A stretch of 64,000 bases of DNA, from contig CM060733.1 of NCBI GenBank assembly GCA_030704615.1, positions 20,088,001-20,152,000 of the forward strand, given 5' to 3'. Under the pieces are notes generated by a model that saw only the letters and a program-made list of their open reading frames with translations, made no database searches and was not told the origin of the DNA. Made by a program: the position numbers and the translations under genes. Positions 1 through 13,981 of the stretch are shown here, one piece after another (the stretch's first letter is position 1; each line of letters opens with the position of its first letter). The DNA is from Takakia lepidozioides. Its lineage: Eukaryota; Plantae; Bryophyta.

Positions 1-1329
1 AAGACAATAACTGGCTTTGTTGTGGACCAAGCCTTGGAGACTCGAATGAAACTACAAGTATCACCTCGTGCACACCTTGTCACCAGAGAGAAGTGAAGAG
101 CTGGTGGAAATACGACCAAAAACATCAACAAACAGGCATTGACATCATACCACCAACATGCTGCTGATTCTGACAGAGAGAAAAAAAGCTATATAACAAA
201 CCTGGCATCTCTAGCATTGGTTTGAGCTTCCCGGGCAGCTCCTACATGACGTTGGGCAACAGCTTTGGACTCCTGTATACGAATCTGACGGCTCTCTCCA
301 ACAGAGCTGTTGGCAATGGCTTCCACTATTATAAATGGAACTGCAGAGAAATAGTACCACGCCTGCCAGCTACCCCACACCACCCACAACACTACTAGAT
401 CAGCTTTTTTTTACAGCTATGCAACGAGCACATATAGAAACGCCCCCACTTCTCTCTCTCTCTCACACACACTTCTGTACAGTCGGAATCAGAATTTGGT
501 CTAGGCATATCCGTACGTTGTCCATATGGCCCCTCAGAACCATATGCTCGCTTTCATTTCATCTAGAGTTTGTAAGGAACAGGTCAATCTGGCATCAGCA
601 TTATGCAGTGAATTTCTCTGAAAGCAGCTATGCAGTGCACTATCTCTGAAACCTAGATCGGCATACACCCACTGGCAACATAGGTCCTCATAAACTACCT
701 ACCTCTTGCCAAGCTGCTCGACATAGACGTGGGAAACTAAAACCTGGGAAGAGAATCACTGGCAAAATGATGCGAGAGAGATCATGGAGAGAGAGAGGGG
801 GGAGACAGAGGGTGGAGAAGAGGAAGGAGGAGACCAGACCATGGCGCTACAACCACGCTACAAATCACGCAACTACGCAACCAGACAACCACGCAAGTTC
901 CACAGGGACAGTTGAGTCAACGCTTCACTTCAAAGAACAGAAAGCCAAATATTTTATTGACTAGGCGTTATCACAGATCATGCTCTCTCAGAGCAGACGG
1001 TTCTCCATCTCTCTGACTCTCGCTCTGTGCCTTTCTTTTGTGCCTCTCTTGTCTATGGAGAAGACCTCTCCCATACATATACTTCCAGAACACCCTTAGT
1101 CGTCTCTAGGCATATTCGTATTTCTCTGAGTTGACTGCTCGCATTCACTCTCTGAAGGGAGACTGAGATAATAAATGTTCATTCATCAGTTACAGGGATT
1201 CTCTCCGAAAAGATCTCGGAAATATCTGTAAACAATCTGCTGCAGAATTTGAACCGAAATCATAGGATTGAGTATGTCGTTCGAACTAAATGCAAGCCAT
1301 CCTGCAGGTTTATCTGGCAACAACAAACT

Positions 1330-3285
1330 CTACTCATACATATGGGCAGGCAACCTTGGGTGTGCAACAGCAAGCAATGCTTTTGCTCTGGGAAGTGTCA
1401 GTCCGAAGTGCTCTGACATGTCCAAAGTGGTGGGGTCCTGCCCATTTGGAAGAGACCAATCAAAGCTCTGAATAAGGCGAGCAAGCACTATCTGAACCAT
1501 GATAAGTGCCAGCGGCATTCCCGGGCATCCCCTTCTCCCGGCTCCAAAAGGCAGAAGCTCGAAGTCTTGGCCTTTCACATCAATCTCAGGATGCTCCATG
1601 AATCTTTCAGGATTAAACTCAAGAGGTTTCTCCCAGGTAAGAGGATCCCGGCCTATTGCCCATAGATTCACGATCAGACGGGTGTTGGCTGGCAGAATAC
1701 AACCAGCAACTTCACATTGCTCACGAGACACATGGGGAAGCAGGAATGGACCCGCGGGGTGAAGGCGGAAGTTCTCTTTCATTACAGCTTGTAGGTACTT
1801 GAGATTTGGGAGGTCTGATTCCTGGACAAGCCGATTGGTTCCAACGACAGCATCTATTTCAGCTTGTACGCGTTTCAGAAGATGAGGCTTGCGAAGAAGC
1901 TCGGCCATTGCCCATTCTGTTGTGACCGCCGACGTATCTGTTCCAGCAGTCAACATGTCCTGCATCACGTGAACACAAGAATTTTCACCTCGAAGCCAAC
2001 TCTATACCTGAAGCCCGAAATTTAAGGAATCTTGCAATATAACATAGAACTTCACTACTATGTACAACTTATTCCCAGCTGTCGAGGACGATAGCTCAAT
2101 TGACCATAAACAAATTAGTGGACTGAATTGAAATTTGAAGACTTACCACGATCACCCCTTGTATGGTTTCATCGGAGAGATGACCAGTTCCATCTTCTGT
2201 AGGCATGGAGAGCAACACATCAACAAAGTCTTTTGGTGTATCCCTATCCTTTTCCACTGATGCAGCCTCTCTGTGCTCGTCAATCCACTGCCGAAGAAGA
2301 CTGTACAGTGCGACCTGCGTCTCCCTCATACGTGCCGCGATACCTAGCACCTTCGAAAGCCACGATAAATACGGGACGTAGTCACCAATCATGAACAGCC
2401 CAAGATAGTGAAATTGTCTGTCGACAAGTCCTTTAAACTCTTCCGCTTCTTGAGAGCTTTCCACATCAATTCCGAAGAACCTGAGATAGGCGAAGGTGGA
2501 AACTTGAATAGTAAGTGATGACAGCCCTGAAGGATATGGTCAAGATTATTGACATTGCCTAAGTTGCAAGTCTGTAGTATTCAAATGTGTCTCAAGACAG
2601 CTTATAGGTACGAGGTTTCCATGTCAAAATACAACAAAGATCTTTGTACGTTCTCATAATCTCTACTCAACAGAAAAATCAGCCGGTTTGGCTCATGTCA
2701 CCTTTTGTTGATCAGCATGCGAGTCATGTTGTTAGTAGACAGCGACGACAACTTGAAGTTGAGGTCCACCACCTTGTCCTTCTGTGACTCCTCAAGGATG
2801 ACCTTCAATGAGGCATTTATCTCCTCTGTCCTTGCAGATCGAAACGATTCCAGACGGCCTTTAGTGAAGAGCTCAACCAGGCAGATCTTGCGTAAATGAC
2901 GCCAATAAGAACCTGAAGAAAACGCAATGTTTTGGTGATCTAAAAAAAATGTATACGAAGCCAAAGTCTTTGGACGATAGGCAAACGATTGATCATGGGT
3001 CCTGAGAAACTCTTTTGCCATCTCTGCAGTCGACGCTACAACAGTATGGTATGATCCAAGGCGCAGGTACATCAGAGGCCCATATTTCTCAGCCAGGCGT
3101 GCCAATGCCTGGTTCGGAAGTTCACCCAACACGGGTAGATTGCCCACGACAGGCCATGGGCGTGGCCCTGGAGGCAAGCGACTGGGTTTTCTTAGGATGA
3201 GATAACTGTACAATGCAATGGTGACAAGAATGCCTATCGATAGAGGTACCCCAAGTTCTTCCCGAGCCCAGCGAACGATTTCCAT
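1330..3285 (-). CDS. Cytochrome P450, CYP71 clan (CYP703/92/75-like), 3 exons: 3285-2702, 2480-2147, 1959-1330; ~515 aa, apparently intact
   Basis: N-terminal membrane anchor, PPGPRPWP hinge, I-helix AGTDTS, ExxR (KENFR), PERF and heme motif FGAGRRGCPG. GT-AG introns join the exons in frame (1548 nt). Confidence 0.95.
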
Positions 3286-3399
3286 ATTCTCTACTATCCC
3301 TCTCAAACTCGTCCGAGATCCAAGTTTGCTTCCAGATGCTCCCTCTATCCCTCGAACTGGAGTAAGCTCCTTCTGCCTTCCCCTCTCCCTCTGCATCAC

Positions 3400-3406
3400 A
3401 TTTATA
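3400..3406 (-). promoter_or_regulatory. Putative TATA box of the P450 gene
   Basis: TATAAAT on the minus strand ~115 bp upstream of the ATG. The same motif and context are kept upstream of the truncated paralogue (17415-17421). Confidence 0.5.
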
Positions 3407-6400
3407 CGCAGACCCTGCCATCTTCGCCGTCAAAACCTCACTGAATTTTTCCTTCGTAAAACTGGGGACTTCACATACCGGAACATATTGGAATTCTGCC
3501 GGACAGGTCAGAAATCCACAAAAGGTTTTCACGCGACGTAAAATCCTGGCCCTTGGGTTTATCCTGGATTTCGAGCCCTATCCGGGGATCTGCCCTCGTG
3601 ACAGGCGCCCCAAATCTAGGCGCCTCAATCGAGTTAAAGCGTGGGTCCAGGACTTTATGTCCACTCGGAGAGACCCACGTGTAGGGAAACTCCACCCGTT
3701 TCCTTGGGCCAGCACTTTACCTCCTTTCGGACCAACGCAAGTGTAGGTGAATTTTCACCCCAGGAGCGGTCGGTTTTAGGGGAGTAGGAAGTATCCCAAG
3801 TGTACGACATGCTAGGTGCACAAAGGCATTTGTTTCTGATGGGACGGTTGATCTTGATGGATCAAGGATGAGCGACGGCTACGATTACATGACATAAAGA
3901 TACACCTTTTTCGAAAAGAAAAGAAATTGGAGGGTTCCAACTTGGGAATGTTTTTTGGAAACGAGCACGTGTGGCTACTAAGTTTTGCAGGAAATAGGAA
4001 TATTGTTTCTGTTCATCCACTGAAATTTGGATAGAATCATCCTCCTCTGTAGTTTCATGCATTGATATCATCCATATCTGGCGAATTCATCCGTAATTTA
4101 TTTCTTATTTAGAGAAGTTTGGAGATGTCATCGATGAAGAAACAGGGAATTTTGACGGAATATTTCATTTGCAACTTCCAAGGATTAACCGTCCAGGTAC
4201 GAAATAGGTTACAGGAAATCCCTCTGTAAAGTCGCTCCTGAAATGAAAAATAATCTGAAGGGCTTTTTTCCTGATAGGTGAAGGTCTCGAGTGGAGGGCC
4301 TTCCCCTTATCAGTGGAGAACTGCTGCCACACAGTGCCAAATTGTTGGACGTGGAAGCCTGGGGTACCTTACACTGCTGCATACACGAGTCCTTTCTTGC
4401 TTCACAACGGGGAAATAATACACATGGGGAATAATACATACTGCCAAACTCTGCAACGTGTACAATGGGATACCTTACACTGCATAAAAGCCTAAAAGAT
4501 TCACCAAGCGGAAAAATTAGAACCCACCAGCCTGCCACCCTTATTAGCTGGGCCGTACTCTGACAACTTCCAAAGGAACCGTACCTTTGCCTTTACTGTC
4601 CTTTGGCCTCTCCCCATTGAGCGCTCCATTGCTCTCCCTCTTTTTGACCAGAAATAACCCCCGCTAGATTTGGGACCCTTAGTTTACACTGCTAATATTC
4701 TGCCTGAAAGTACAAAGCAAAGATCTTGCACAGTGTTGAGCGGATAATTTTAGATTTGGTACAGATACATAAAATTTAGACGATTGTTTATCCTCAGAGT
4801 AAGGATAAATTATCTATAGGTCCACTTATTTATCCTATGTGGAAGGATAAATGAAAATTTCATGAGTTATTTTTCCTCTGGTAGAGGGTATAGGCCAAAA
4901 ACTTTCTATGGGTAAGAAATATCTAAAAGGTAAATATAAATGATTTTCTCCTCTCATTATAATTTAGTAAGAAATATCCATGCCTTTTTGTCAAACACTA
5001 TGTAAGTAAATAAATGATTTCCCTTTTACATACCCAAGATATAAATCAAGGATATATTTAAAGATAACACACACACACATATATGTTTTTGTGTGTGTAT
5101 ATGTATATATATTTATATATTTATATATATTGAAGATATAAAGATTTTTGTGTTTGTTATGCTCAACTCTATTTTGATTTTTCAAAGGTGGTCATTTTGG
5201 GTGTAAAAGTAGGGCTCATTATAGAAGGTGTGTAGGTCGACGTCTGAAGAGGAAGAAGAGACAAGAGAACCTCCACAGTTATCATTTTTCTATTTATCCT
5301 TCACTAATATATTTGAATATAGAAATGACATATTGATAAGGGTAAGCATAAATCAAAATATTTAAGCGTATGAAGGGTAGGAATAAGGGTAAATAAATAA
5401 AATTGATGCATTTATCCTTCACATTGGTAACATTGGTCTTTACCAATATTGGGTTATTCTTAATTTTCTACATACTTGGGAACGTCAGTTTCAGGACTCA
5501 TGTGGATGTAAGAGATCCGGTATGGCTGATTACTATTGTGAAATTGAGACCTTCCGCATCTGGATTAAAAGAATTTGCACTCACCTATAGGGTTATCAAT
5601 CTAATCATGGTGACCAAAGAGGAACCTTAGATTATGTGTACCTACGTTCAATTGATAACCCCCTTGATTTAGGCCTACCTATACATGACGGTTCAATAGA
5701 CAAAATGCATGCCTGATTTTAACTTCTTTTTTCTTTTTCTTTTTAAAGGGACTAAATTTCAACAGTTGAATTTAAAAAAAATGCTTTTTCCCAACTGTAT
5801 TTTTGGGTGAAATGGTCATGTGTAAGTGTGTGATGGGGTTTCACCCTACTTAAAAGGGCATGGGCCCGGGGCAAAGGGGACGCTTTTAGTAGGGCGGTTC
5901 ATGGTATCAAGCAGGTCCCACTACCCAATCGATTGGCTGTGCAGCAGGTACAGTCCGAAAGATTTTTTCTCCATGATGGGGGATCTAGAGTGGAGGTAAA
6001 GAAAAGCCTTTTCCAGAAAGATCTGCAGGATTAGGGTTTTGACATCCTCTTTTTGAAACAAGGAAAATGAATCTGAAAGGCTCTATGTAGGTATTGGAAG
6101 ACCTTCACTGCATTTCAAGAGTGTGAAATGTTTTTCTTAAGCTTTATTGGCTCCTCTTTATTCTATGAGGAGACTATGCATCAGTGTCAAAATTCGCTAA
6201 GTCCCTGTTGTGCCTTTCCCAGCTGTCACCTCCTCTCCTTTGCTGAAAACTACTTCCAAGATGTGCCTTCTCCAGATAACACCTCCCTCCAGTAACATTT
6301 TTGTTATTGAACAACTTATGAAAACTAAATTCAAGTCTAGTATGGATGAAAGTAGATCCCAGTATCCACGGAGAGGAGCCATGTGTGACTAACCACTTCT

Positions 6401-6581
6401 TTTTAGGAGCTTAGATGTCATGTGTCATGTGAGGGCATGGCCCAAGGGCAAGGTAGATAGGGAACGTTCAAGGTATCAAGTAGGTCCCACTACCCAAGCG
6501 ATGGGGTAGGAAGGATCCAAAGGGGTTTTCTCCATTAGAAGGTCCTGAGTGGAGGGTATGCTTTATTTGATGGCTTTAGAA

Positions 6582-6758
6582 AACCAGCATATAGCCCAAT
6601 GGTAATGGGCACATACCACGTTGGATGTGGTTGTGGGTTCAAACCACGGTCTGGTGTGTCATGAAGGTGTCCACCCTTCAGCTGGAAGGCAGCCCTTGTG
6701 GTGAAGCGACACCATAAGTTACGCTCCCTTGGGTAGGCGTCATATATATATATATATA
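6582..6758 (+). mobile_element. tRNA-derived SINE
   Basis: Pol III A box TAGCCCAATGG and B box GGTTCAAACC, a (TA)n tail, and flanking duplication TTTGATGGCT (6566-6575 and 6773-6782). Related copies lie at ~7100-7390 and 59236-59422. Confidence 0.75.
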
Positions 6759-7094
6759 TTTTTTAAAAACTTTTTGATGGCTCTATGGAAAATGGTCGGA
6801 TCGTATAATTAGATGAGATAAAGAAAAACATTGTCTGGAGAGGTATCGCAGGAGGTCTGTGCTGCAAGATCAAATTTTAAGATTCAGGTTGTAACTACGT
6901 CCCTTTTCAAACAAAGAAAAATCTGAAGGGGGCTTTACGTGTAGGGCCATCCCTTTACATTTCAAGAGTTGAAATGCTCTATTTTCAACTTTATTTTCAG
7001 AGTTAAATTTTCATGGGTCTTTCCCTACTTGAAATTTGCATGGGTTTGCCCCTACTTGAAAGGGCATAGGTTCAAAGGCAACGCAGGTGGGTAG

Positions 7095-7390
7095 CAATAA
7101 TAATAATATTTAACACCTCCCCAAGGAAGCATAAATTATGGTGTCTCTTCACCCAGAAGGGTTACTGCCTCCGCTATTTACGTGAAGGTCTCAAGTGGAC
7201 GGTCTTCTTGATTTGATGGATCTAGGAAAATGAAATGATATCAACGCCTCCCAAAGAAAGCGTAAATTATGGTGTCTCTTCATGATCCAGAGGAACTAGT
7301 GCATTATGTTGGAAGCTGGACATCTTGAATCCTAAATCATTTAGGTTATGCACAGTATAAGGCATAAACTCCCATCCACTTGGCTACATG
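7095..7390 (-). mobile_element. Two partial copies of the same SINE family
   Basis: The 3' motif CCTCCC(C)AAxGAAGCxTAAATTATGGTGTCTCTTCA occurs twice and matches the reverse complement of the 6582 SINE tail. An A-box-like TAGCCAAGTGG lies at ~7377-7387 on the minus strand. Confidence 0.55.
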
Positions 7391-7663
7391 CTCTAGTGCG
7401 GATGTAGGGATAATGGACGGTGACAATTAGATGAGATAAAGACAAACCTTTTCCGGAAAGATACCACACGTTGAGATCCGTAGATCAACTGATGACGCCT
7501 TCTGTATCACTCAAAGGGGCTTTAGGTGGAGGGCTGTGCCTGCATTTCAAGAGTTAAAATGCTCTTTTTTCAACTTTATTTTCTGACTTCAATTTTCATG
7601 TGTACGTGTGTAATGGAGTTTCACCTTAAAGGCAAGGCAGGTAAGGGAAGCACTTAGAGGCTA

Positions 7664-9030
7664 GAGCATCCACACCCTAGACGGAACCCAGTCCGTCAAC
7701 AGAATTGGGCGAAATACAGATTCGAACCGGGCAAAAAACGTCCACACCAATGTTGTTCTGATATCAGGTTTAGGACATACTGGACTGGTCCTGGTACTAG
7801 ACATATCACAAATTTTCATACTAGTCTTGTCTATATACTGGTGGATGTTATTTTTTCCAGATACTGGTATGAGTATGGGTATATTTATGACCACAATACT
7901 GGTATGAGATATCATGAATCAACTCTGGTATCATTCCAAAGCCATCTTGAATTACAAGTTTATCTAATAGCAAGTATCAAGTGAAAACAAATACAATACA
8001 CATAAAGAAGTAATATACATAAGTATAAGTATGTAGCATATGTACACATAAATTAGTATAATACACATACCAAAGTAAATGAGGAAATGAGAAAGACAAC
8101 GGAGTAGTGGTATTGTGGCTGGTATGAAAGGACTGATACCAGCCTTAGTCTGGTATATGACCAAGTATTCTCCCAAATGATACCAGTCTGGTCTGGTATC
8201 TAATACCAATGCATATACCAATACATATTCCAATCTTTCACCTATATAGGAGTCCAACGCTATATGGCTAGACCACACCAATGGTCCAACGCTATAACCG
8301 CCCACTGGTCCACACCCTTGCCCCTGAACCCTATATCCCATAAAGGGCTGGCATTGCATGTCATTCGGAGCTTTGAACCCTAGCGCAATGTACAGTGACC
8401 TGAACTTGCCCCTAATATCGCCGAGAGCATAATACGGCCATGTCCGAGAGCATGTTAGTGCTTCCCGCCAGTAACTAGAGACCGCGAGACGACCAGTATG
8501 GGAATGCCGAAGGGGAACGTACAAGAATGGGGTTGGGAACGGCAGAATGGGGATAGCACATACTATTCAGGAGCCAAGGGTGTGCGGGAGTCGGGGCTGC
8601 CCTACCACAAAACCCAACAGGCCTGAATCTATCACCGTATCTGTGGCGTTATGTACTAGAGAACGGGCCGCGTTGGCCGCGTTGGCCAATTCTGCCCTGT
8701 AAGCGGCCTTTGGGTGAGCCCTATGGCCACGCATAGGGCAGAGTCAGCCTTGCCATTACGTGGCGCAATATGATTGAGGTTCGATTCTCCCATATCGATT
8801 GCCCAGATTCAGAGCCCCCCAAGAGGATATAAACGGGGCGAGCCTCAGGGGCAGTGGGTGGGTCGATGGCTGATGACATGGGCCTCGGTGGTAGGTCCGC
8901 AGTCCTCTGTGAAATCGGCCATCCCTGCCTCTGCCCTTGGTTGCCGATTTGTCCTGAGAATTAAAAAGTGGCAGAATTCGCCACACCTGCTTTTAAGGGG
9001 AGCCTTTCGAGCTGAAGGGTGTGGATGCCC
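7664..9030. mobile_element. Non-autonomous PIF/Harbinger-like TIR element
   Basis: TIRs GAGCATCCACACCCT and AGGGTGTGGATGCCC with 3-bp flanks CTA/TTA. Confidence 0.6.
7748..8235 (-). mobile_element. hAT-type MITE, partial copy of the 33326-33842 family, nested in the PIF-like element
   Basis: Reverse-complement similarity to 33326-33842 throughout (TGGTAT/ATACCA-rich). The translated ORF fragments are also near-identical (LVYALVLDTRP.WY.LGEYLVIY). Confidence 0.75.
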
Positions 9031-10195
9031 TTAATACGGGCAATTTAACCCTTAAACTCCCAGCATCCAAACTCGACTTTAGAAAAATACTGACCCCCTA
9101 ATAGAAAAATAGCTTCAAAAGCTCAAAAAGTTATCACATCATGATTATGACCGGATATCACCTTGCCACCTGATTCCTGCAGCCACAGTTAAAAAAAACA
9201 GCCCAATCCGAGAAGATCCCAAACTTCTCAACCCTTGAATGTGTGGCACCTTTCTTGGTACATTTGTTTTAACCAAGATAAATCCCTATTTTCCAAGGGT
9301 TTGGATGACGAGATCCAAACCGTCCATCATGAGTTTTTGGCCATCCGTTCCTTGCCACGTGGTGCAACTACTGCCCTTCATTTCGTTAAATTTGGCCAAG
9401 ATCACCAAATGTGAGGGCTGGTCAAACGTCGTTTTTTGTTCTTTTTTGGGTCATTTTTGGCTCAATGTGTCATGAGCTCCTTGCTCTCAAACGCATGATT
9501 GCAATGCCTGACCTTCCACGGGCTAGCTGCCCTGCACTTGCCACCTCAATGATTTTGAGCCAATCAGGATTATGTAGAAGATTCCTAGATAGATGGGAAA
9601 GCCAATGGCAATCCCAGACTTTGTCATTTATACATCAATGAATTATATGGGCCCCACCGTGGGCAGGCACTAAGATATCAAGGAGGTCCCACTACCTAAG
9701 TGATTGGGGCAGCAGGTAGGATCCCACTTGAGGGGTCTTCTTCATTATAAGGAAAGGTCTTGAGTTGAGGGCCTCCTTGATTTCATGGATCTAGGAATAA
9801 TTGGCGGCTAAGATTAGATGAGATAGAGAAAAAACCTTTTTCAGACAGATACTTCACGAGGTCTATGCAGTTGCAAGATCAGGGTTTTGAGATCCATATA
9901 ACATTCCTTCTGAAACAAAGAAAAAAAATCTGAGTGGAGGCCATCCTTTTGCGTAAAAAACTGCTGCCACATAGTGCCAAATTGATCTGCCACATGACAT
10001 GGAGTACCTCACACTGCCTAAGACTCCTATCTTGGAATCAAAAAAATTATTCCTTGTGTCTAATCTTGTTTTGCTTATGTATACAGCAAAAGACAACTGC
10101 AGAAAAAACATTGATTGAATGAGGAATATTGACATATATAACCTATAGGTCCCTTTTCGTTGTTGTCTCCCCATTGCAATAGCTGATTTTCTTTC

Positions 10196-12886
10196 TTTTC
10201 TTTTTTTTGAGAATAGGGGACAGCGGCCCTGGAAAATTTTATTAATAAGGTAAGGAAAAAATAACCTTACCGAGAACCATGAAGGCAGATGATTGAGGTT
10301 CCACTCTACCAGAAACCCAAGAGAAGGAAAGAATAATGTCCAAGGAAGAGATAAAGACCAGGGAGGAAAGAAAGCCAGAGATTAAGGCATCTTGCAGTCA
10401 CTGCAAAGGGCCACATAAACTCTAAAGCTTTAGACTACATTAGCCTACACAGCAAATTATTGCAAAGGCAATGCCTAAAGAACAAAGGAGAAAGCAAATC
10501 AAACTATGAGCTAATCCTCGTTCTTTTAGGAGGCTCAAACAAAAGATAGCTTTCAACTCCCCCTTCCTGAGACTACGCTTCTGGTGTCTCCAGTTGACTT
10601 CAGCTTCATCAGACCCCAAGGGAGAAATGCGAGCGCTAACCGAGCTGCTAGCATGATGGGAGATGATTTGCCCATTAATCGATTCTAGAATCCGATATTC
10701 TCCTCCAGAATACCCCACCTTTTTCCCAAGAACTGTTGAAGGCAGAGATGAGTTGGACTCTCCTCCTACTTCCACACTTTGGCAAAGTTGTAACAATGTC
10801 AACCAACATTTACGAGCTTCAGACATGAGGTCTGAGTGAGCCAAATGTAGAAGCTGCTGCAAGCAGGGTTGAAATACTACTGAACATCTCATTTTTCATA
10901 TCTGCCACAAAATAGTACCCCTCATGGTTTCCCACACAAGGCAAGAGCAGAACTGAATACCATTTTAATGTTCAACAACACAGCAGAGGTAGAGTATGAA
11001 AGAGAGGGATTCCAATGAGAGTAGAGGGAGAAGGCTCTGGTCCAAATTGCAGCAGCACAAGGACAAGACACCAAACAGTGTTCAGTGTGTTCCGAGAGAT
11101 TGAGGCTATACATAGAAGGAGGGTCTGCAATAAAAGCACCAACAGGCACAATTCTATTCGTTATCTTCCATAGAAAGGCATAAACTTTTGCTGGCCTACG
11201 TTTTTTCCAAATATTGGTCTAGACATCTTTCCAGGACATATGCTGCTCCGAAGAGTGGGCCCATTTTTTCTGCCACTTGTTTTGAAAAGTCTATTTGGGC
11301 ATAAACAGAGAATACCCGAGCTCGACAGTGTAAGAGAAAAAATGACTGTGTTTCTTATTCATCTAGAACCACTCCCCACGGTAAAATTGTAGCAACCTAA
11401 CTGGTGCTGAAAAAACCGGATGAAAGATTCACTATAGTGTTGCAGCTCCTCAGGAGGGGTAGAGTTAATTTTACCCGAGCCAGAGCAAAAAAACTAAGGT
11501 GTCGAAAAGAGCAGTGCTGGCAGGCAGCAATTGAGGCTTTGGATTGCACAAAATGCCATTTGGTTGCACTCGAAATGTGATTCTAGAAAAAAATACGGGG
11601 CTTCTCGTGGTAGCATAGAAGGCCATGGTCACAGAACCCACAGAGAAGCCTAGTCACCGAGGCAGAGTTAAGATGACCTGCTAAGAAAGATAGGTAATCC
11701 AGGAGGCAGGGAGGTCACCCATGGGCCATAACAACGTTCCATCCACTGTTGATTCTTCTCAAGAAGCAGCAGAAGAAATGGAGATTATAGTACCCGAATC
11801 CATGTCCCAGAAGTGCGTCAAATGAGACAACCCCGCAGATTCCCAGTGCGCCCAGCAGGTAGAGCAAGGAATGAGGACCTCGGAATTTCTGTTGTAGTTT
11901 GCAAATAGGGGTTGTCTCAAAACTTCATCAAATGAAGAGAGTATGGTTTGGTACATGAATCCTCTCATTTTACACCACGCTGTCAAAACAGATTGCCAGA
12001 CTTTGGAGCCAATCCCTGGCTTCGAGTTAGACTTGCCACCTTGAACCGTCCATTTTAGCGAGGCAAGCCAGAGAGGGCTGGACTTTGTAGTAGCATTGGC
12101 AAGGTGAAATCTGACCAAATGGCTCCAAGGGCTAGACATTCGAGTAAATATTCTTGGAACCCACTTGGCAAGCAAGGCTGTAATCTGCGATTGGGGATCA
12201 ATTATCCCTAGTCCTCCATTCTTCTTCTTTAGATGACAGAGTTGTGCCCCACTTACTAAGGCTTGTTTATTCAAAGAAACCAAAATAGCGCCCTAGAGGA
12301 AATTCCTCACCATGGACCTTATCTTTTTAATGATTTGAGAATAGAAACTAGAGAGGGTCCAGCTCAAAGCAACTTTCACATTGTCTGAAGAGTTGTTTTC
12401 AATTAAGAGAGTCGTGTCGTCTACATATAGGAAGAACGAATAGAGGAGGATGGATCCAGCGCCGGTGAGTGCGGGATAGTCAGGCCCCAAGAATCATTTT
12501 CTTTTGTCCATCAGGTGACCCATGCCATCCGCAACAATTAAAAAAAAGAAATGGACTATTGGATAGCCATGCCTTATAGACTTGGAAAGAGGAAAAGGTT
12601 TGGACAAAGCTCCATTTACCATCACCCTGCTGGATGCAGAAGTCAGTAGAATCTTGAGAAAAAACCCAGAATTGCCCGCAACCTCCAAAGCACCAAAGAG
12701 ATGATCCCAACTAATGCTATCAAATGCTTTTTGGAAGTCAAGCATTAGCCTGGCAGTTGGCTGCTGGAATTTATGAGCAAAGTGAAGGACTTTGTTTGCG
12801 AGCAGAATGTTATCCAAGATCATTCTGTTCTGCAGAAAGCCTGATTGCTCCGGACGGATAAGCTTGGGCAGCATAGGCTGGATCTA
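10196..12886 (-). mobile_element. Degenerate L1-type LINE (RT through zf-RVT, poly-A end), cut at its 5' side by a Mutator-like element
   Basis: Motifs LIRPEQSGF, LDFQKAFDSISW, YVDDTTL, KKNGGLGI and EHCLVSCPCAAAIW. A-rich tail at ~10196-10208 on the minus strand. Multiple frameshifts. Confidence 0.9.
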
Positions 12887-13204
12887 GGGGCGTGCTAGAT
12901 TGTGAGCAGCTCACGTGAGCAAAAAATACTGCACGTGAGCAGAATTCTGCTCACGTTCCTCGGAATTAGAATTTAGGGTTGGGCCTATTATCGCGGTCCG
13001 TGAACTCCTAGAAGCCCTATTGCCACGGGGCTTAACCGCTGAAAATGGGAGCTTAGTATTCCTCGAGTGTGACTAAGGCTTGTCAATAAGATTGGTGAGT
13101 GGATGAATGATGGATGAATGATAGATGAATGTGATATCTATATGTCTGTCTGTTTGTCTGTTTGTGTACCTGTCTGTCTGTCTACCTATCTATCTGGGTC
13201 TGGA

Positions 13205-13981
13205 TTAAGATGGTGTTGACACCAGCTTAATCTCCACACCTCTAAGCACAAGGAAATTGACAAACATGAAATTAGAAAACACTCAAGAACCCTGTCTATC
13301 TGTCTGTCTGTCTGTCTAACTGTCTGGGTCTGGATTAAGATGGCGTTGACGCCAGCGTAATCTCCACCCCTCTAAGCAGAAGGATATTGGAAAAAAATCA
13401 AGTGTCATAAAGAAGCTCAACGGAATTTGTATGTGTTGTTTGAGTTTAAATAAGTGTATTTTAATTTGGCATAAGCTTAATTCCGGCCCAGAAGACCAGC
13501 CAGATTAAGGTGTCGTCAATTCTTGGCTGGAATTAAGCTCCAACAGGGGCTGGGAATTTAAGGTGGCGTTGACGCCACCTTAATGCCGAGCCTATTTCCC
13601 TCTACAAACATGGCTACTCGCCAAGGCTTTTATTTAGTTTTTTTTTTTTTTTAGTTTTTTTTTTTGGGGGTGAATTGTCATGTTCCAACATAGGCTGGGA
13701 ATTAAGGTGTCGTTGATGACACCTTAATCTGGCACAGTCGGGATTTTATTTTATTTTATTTTATTTTGTTCCCTTCCGAATGGTCTTCTGGACTGGAATT
13801 AAGCTCCAATAGGGGCTGGGAATTAATGTGGCGTTGACGCCACCTTAATGCCGAGCCTGTTTCCCTCTACGAACATGGCTCCTTGCAAAGGTTTTTATTT
13901 TATTTTTATTTTTATTTTTGGTTTTTGGGGTGAATTGTCATGTTCTTTGTGAGGGCTGCGGTGGCGTTGACGCCACCTTAA
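13205..13981. repeat. Array of ~26-bp palindromes, consensus TTAAGGTGGCGTTGACGCCACCTTAA
   Basis: Copies at 13205, 13335, 13558, 13702, 13823 and 13960, plus a half copy at 13505. Confidence 0.9.

Larger units (their letters stand above)
5810..10180. repeat. Locally repeated, diverged non-coding modules
   Basis: Recurring blocks such as GGTATCAAGxAGGTCCCACTACC (~5903, ~6473, ~9675), ATTAGATGAGATA...AAA (~6808, ~7426, ~9813) and CATTTCAAGAGT (~6111, ~6958, ~7543). The stretch 9930-10180 also resembles 4290-4620. Confidence 0.6.

Noticed and set aside
1-1260. Possible LTR retrotransposon remnant
   Set aside because: The composition is LTR-like, but no paired LTR, PBS/PPT or protein motif could be verified.
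3286-3399. N-terminal extension of the P450 ORF
   Set aside because: It lies just downstream of the TATA box and is not conserved in frame in the paralogue, so it is probably 5' UTR.
6588-6665. tRNA gene
   Set aside because: It has A and B boxes but no convincing cloverleaf, and it continues into a shared SINE body and TA tail.
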